A stretch of DNA of 63,072 nucleotides, filler included, from Reclinomonas americana ATCC 50394 (taxonomy: Eukaryota): assembly GCA_048213135.1 (NCBI GenBank). It is 30 parts of 30 records of this genome, joined end to end, with 100 filler letters (N's around TTAATTAATTAA, not from the genome) between each part and the next. Parts side by side here need not be neighbours in the genome. Positions count along the whole stretch, not along the records: positions 58,848 to 60,910 come from AFZH01025046.1; positions 61,011 to 63,072 come from AFZH01025047.1; 28 more parts are not named here. The stretch is one strand, 5' to 3'. The translations under genes were made by a program, and so were the position numbers. Positions 60,260-63,072 of the stretch are shown here, piece after piece (position 1 is the stretch's first letter; every line of letters starts with the position of its first letter). The notes beneath the pieces were generated by a model, which was given only the letters and a program-made list of their open reading frames with translations, made no database searches and was not told where the DNA came from.

Positions 60260-61010
60260 GCGCGCGATGAATGGCGATGAAGTGTACGGACGAGGACAAC
60301 TCTCCAACTTCGTGCTGTTGCACCCCATAAGTTGGTGAACAACAAACTGGTACACTGACAAGAGCATCTCTCTCTCTCTCTCTTTCTCTTCGCCTCTTTC
60401 TAGTGTTACACTCCACCGGCGAATCGCCCGGGAGAACGGCCGCCCGACGAAGAGACCGGCGACAGCATGGGGCCAGCTCGCCCAAACGCGCCTCCGCGTG
60501 GGCTGAGATGGCCGCCAGCGATGCGACTCATGGCGGCGCGTGGTGAGTGAGTGGAACTGAGAGTGGAGGTGACGCTGATATTGGTGTTGCTGAAGGGGTG
60601 CAGCGTGGCCACACCACGCATGAGTGCGTGCAAGTCACGTTTCTGCGAGGAAAGGGGGGAGAGGGTGAGAGGGAGGAACAGAGAAGAGGGTAGAGAGGAA
60701 GAGAGTGAAGAAGGAAAGAACAGATAACACAAACCGGCGGCTGTGCGAGTCCTCGGTTCCACGTGGCGTAGTGGGGATCCGTGGTCAACTCGGGCACCGG
60801 TCGTGCCAGCTGGTGTGCCATCGGGGAGGTGGTGCTGAAGGCCGGCAACTTGCGGCTGGTGTCCTTGGGCAGTGTGAAATTGGGATTGATGTAGGAGATG
60901 AGGTCGCCGGNNNNNNNNNNNNNNNNNNNNNNNNNNNNNNNNNNNNNNNNNNNNTTAATTAATTAANNNNNNNNNNNNNNNNNNNNNNNNNNNNNNNNNN
61001 NNNNNNNNNN

Positions 61011-63072
61011 AAAATTGAAATGCAACACTGCCGTGTACGTGGCCGGCAAGGTGAACACCGTGAGGTTGCCGCTCGACGTCAGTTCCCACTCAATACCCGA
61101 ATCGATGCGGTCGCGCGCAATCGGGTCCACGCTGACAATGTAACCACACGTGCGCTCAATGTAGTCGTAGTCAATCTGGCAGTCATCAATAGTCTTGCTA
61201 CCTGGTCGCGAGCTGGTACCAGTCGGACATCTGGTGTCCGATGGGAAACGCTCCGATGTGCCGCGCTCGCAGTAGTAGTTGCGTTCGCAGGTAAACGACG
61301 ACGCCGTGAGAGATGAGGTGCCCTTCGGGCAGTAGTAGCCTGGATCGCACAGATGCTTGAATCGCGTCGACGGCGACGTGCCATCATCACAAATGTAACC
61401 GGCAGGGCACTGCACATCAAACATGTGACCCAAAGTGGTCCGCTTATCGCACACATATCCAGCAGGACAAGGCGAGGTCGCCGCCACACTCGGAATGCCC
61501 TCGTGACCGCACACGCGACCAGTTGGACAGTCCTTGCAGTCCGTTACGTGCACAATGCCACGCACATCCGAATATGTGCCCTGCGGGCACGGGATGCACG
61601 AAATGGAGGTGTCGTTGATTGAACGGTAATATCCAGCATCGCAGAGTACGGGTGAAATGGTACCCTCCATCTCGCACGTGTGGCCTGAAGGACACGGCTT
61701 GCAATCCACGGTTCCGACAGAATCAGCGTATGTGCCAGCGGCGCAGAGTCGCGGAGAGGTTTCACCTTGGACGCGCACAAAGGTGCCCTTGGGTGCCGGT
61801 ATGGGGTGGAATGTGCCACTCGGGCAGTAATGACCGGTGAGACACAAACCAGAGCCCAAGGTGGTAGAGCTGCCACTCAAGCAGAACGTGCCAGCAGAAC
61901 ACGGCTGCGCGTAGCGGAAATCATTCTCCACCGCCAGAGAGCTACCGACACCATCCAAACAATACGAGCCACCCAGGCAGGGAGTCGGACGGACGCGAAC
62001 AGTGGTGTCCAGCGGATTGCTAGTTGTGGTGCCTCGGCGACAATAGTGACCAACAGGGCAGCGCTTCAGAGCAAATCGAATGCCCGACTGATCGCACACG
62101 TATCCCGCGGGGCACAGCTGTGGTTTCGCGCTGCCAAAGCCAGCGCAGATGAAACCGAACGGACACTTGTTGCATGTCGACTTGCCGTACAGATCCTGGT
62201 AGGTACCCGGCCGACATTGGGTCGGAGTGACCATGCCAGAATCCGGACACATCGAGCCGGGTGGACACGGTTGCCTGAAAGTACCTGCAGACGACGAAGG
62301 GCAGAATGAACCCGGGGTACACGCTTCCTTGCCGAACGGAGAGGCTGAGCCCGCAAGGCAATTGTAGCCACCGAAGCACGGCTGCGGTGTGCTAAAGTCC
62401 AGCACGACGGTCGCATTTTGCCGCGCTCCGCCAGGGCAGTAGGTACCCACAGGGCACTGGTACGGACGTTCTGCCACCGTCGCATTCGGCAACGTGGTGA
62501 AGGTGCCTGCCAGGCAGTAATACCCAGGGATGCACATTTGGTTCGACAGCGCGAGACCAAGGTATTTGCAGATGGCACCTGGCGGACACGTCACTGGAGC
62601 AGCCATGCCAGAATATGGACACACAGATCCGACGGGGCACGGCCAGCAGGATGTCTGTCCACGCCACGGCTGATACGTCCCAGGCGGACATAGAGTACAG
62701 TTCAGCTGATCATAGTTGTGCGGCAGCGCAGCAATCTCAACATTTGCTGCGTACGAGCCCACACCACACGGCTCAATCCGACCACGATGACACAAGTGCC
62801 CAGGCGGGCACGGAACGTACATAAATGTCGTTCGATTGTTGGAAAACGCGCGACCATCCTCGCTGATTTGAACAGAAATCACACCCGCCGCATGAGGAGG
62901 ACTCACGCACACAACGCTGGAGTTTGTGAGCACCGAAGCTGGCACCTGGGTGTCACCAAATCGACACGTAGTATTGTACAAGCGGGAAAACCCAGCACCG
63001 GTCACAATCACAGGTGTGCCGCCGGTGGTGGGGCCAACTCTCGGCTCCACGTCGACCACACTGGGTTGCGGG
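61011..63072 (-). CDS. Large surface protein with an IPT/TIG domain and tandem GCC2/GCC3 (ephrin-receptor-like) Cys-rich repeats (fragment)
   Basis: P..GPTTGGT.V.V.G.GF...CRFG..CVSPPH; many CP.G.YC..G and C..GTYQ...G...C..CP units. Confidence 0.92.

Overview
This window is not one locus. It is 30 short contigs (mostly about 2.1 kb) joined by 29 artificial 100-bp linkers (N44-TTAATTAATTAA-N44, stops in all six frames), so adjacency across a linker means nothing. Most contigs come from one or more intron-rich, microsatellite-rich flagellated microbial eukaryotes. They carry fragments of an axonemal dynein (DNAH10-like), a TKL kinase, a homeobox gene, TMEM260, RBM25, ETF-alpha, a SNF2 helicase, a kinesin-like protein, and PH, TPR, ankyrin, WD40 and IPT/Cys-rich proteins. 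Four contigs are bacterial co-assembly: two alphaproteobacterial-like (TonB heme receptor; glutamine synthetase family and TAXI genes) and two Microbacteriaceae-like (pyrF, mIHF/gmk, rpoZ, metK; BMP lipoprotein, manC). The standout is contig 20186-22306. Joining three GT-AG exons that the ORF track splits across frames gives the C-terminal half of a Fanzor2-like (eukaryotic TnpB) RNA-guided nuclease, with a rearranged RuvC, a zinc finger and an NLS-rich tail. Overlapping its last exon is a hand-folded multi-stem RNA with a 3' pseudoknot (about 21299-21426), a candidate omegaRNA scaffold followed by a candidate guide. Other notable items are a 2-kb foldback-like element capped by microsatellites, a repeat family shared across three contigs, and an mIHF-guanylate kinase fusion. 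All family assignments come from motif recognition by eye; no searches were run.
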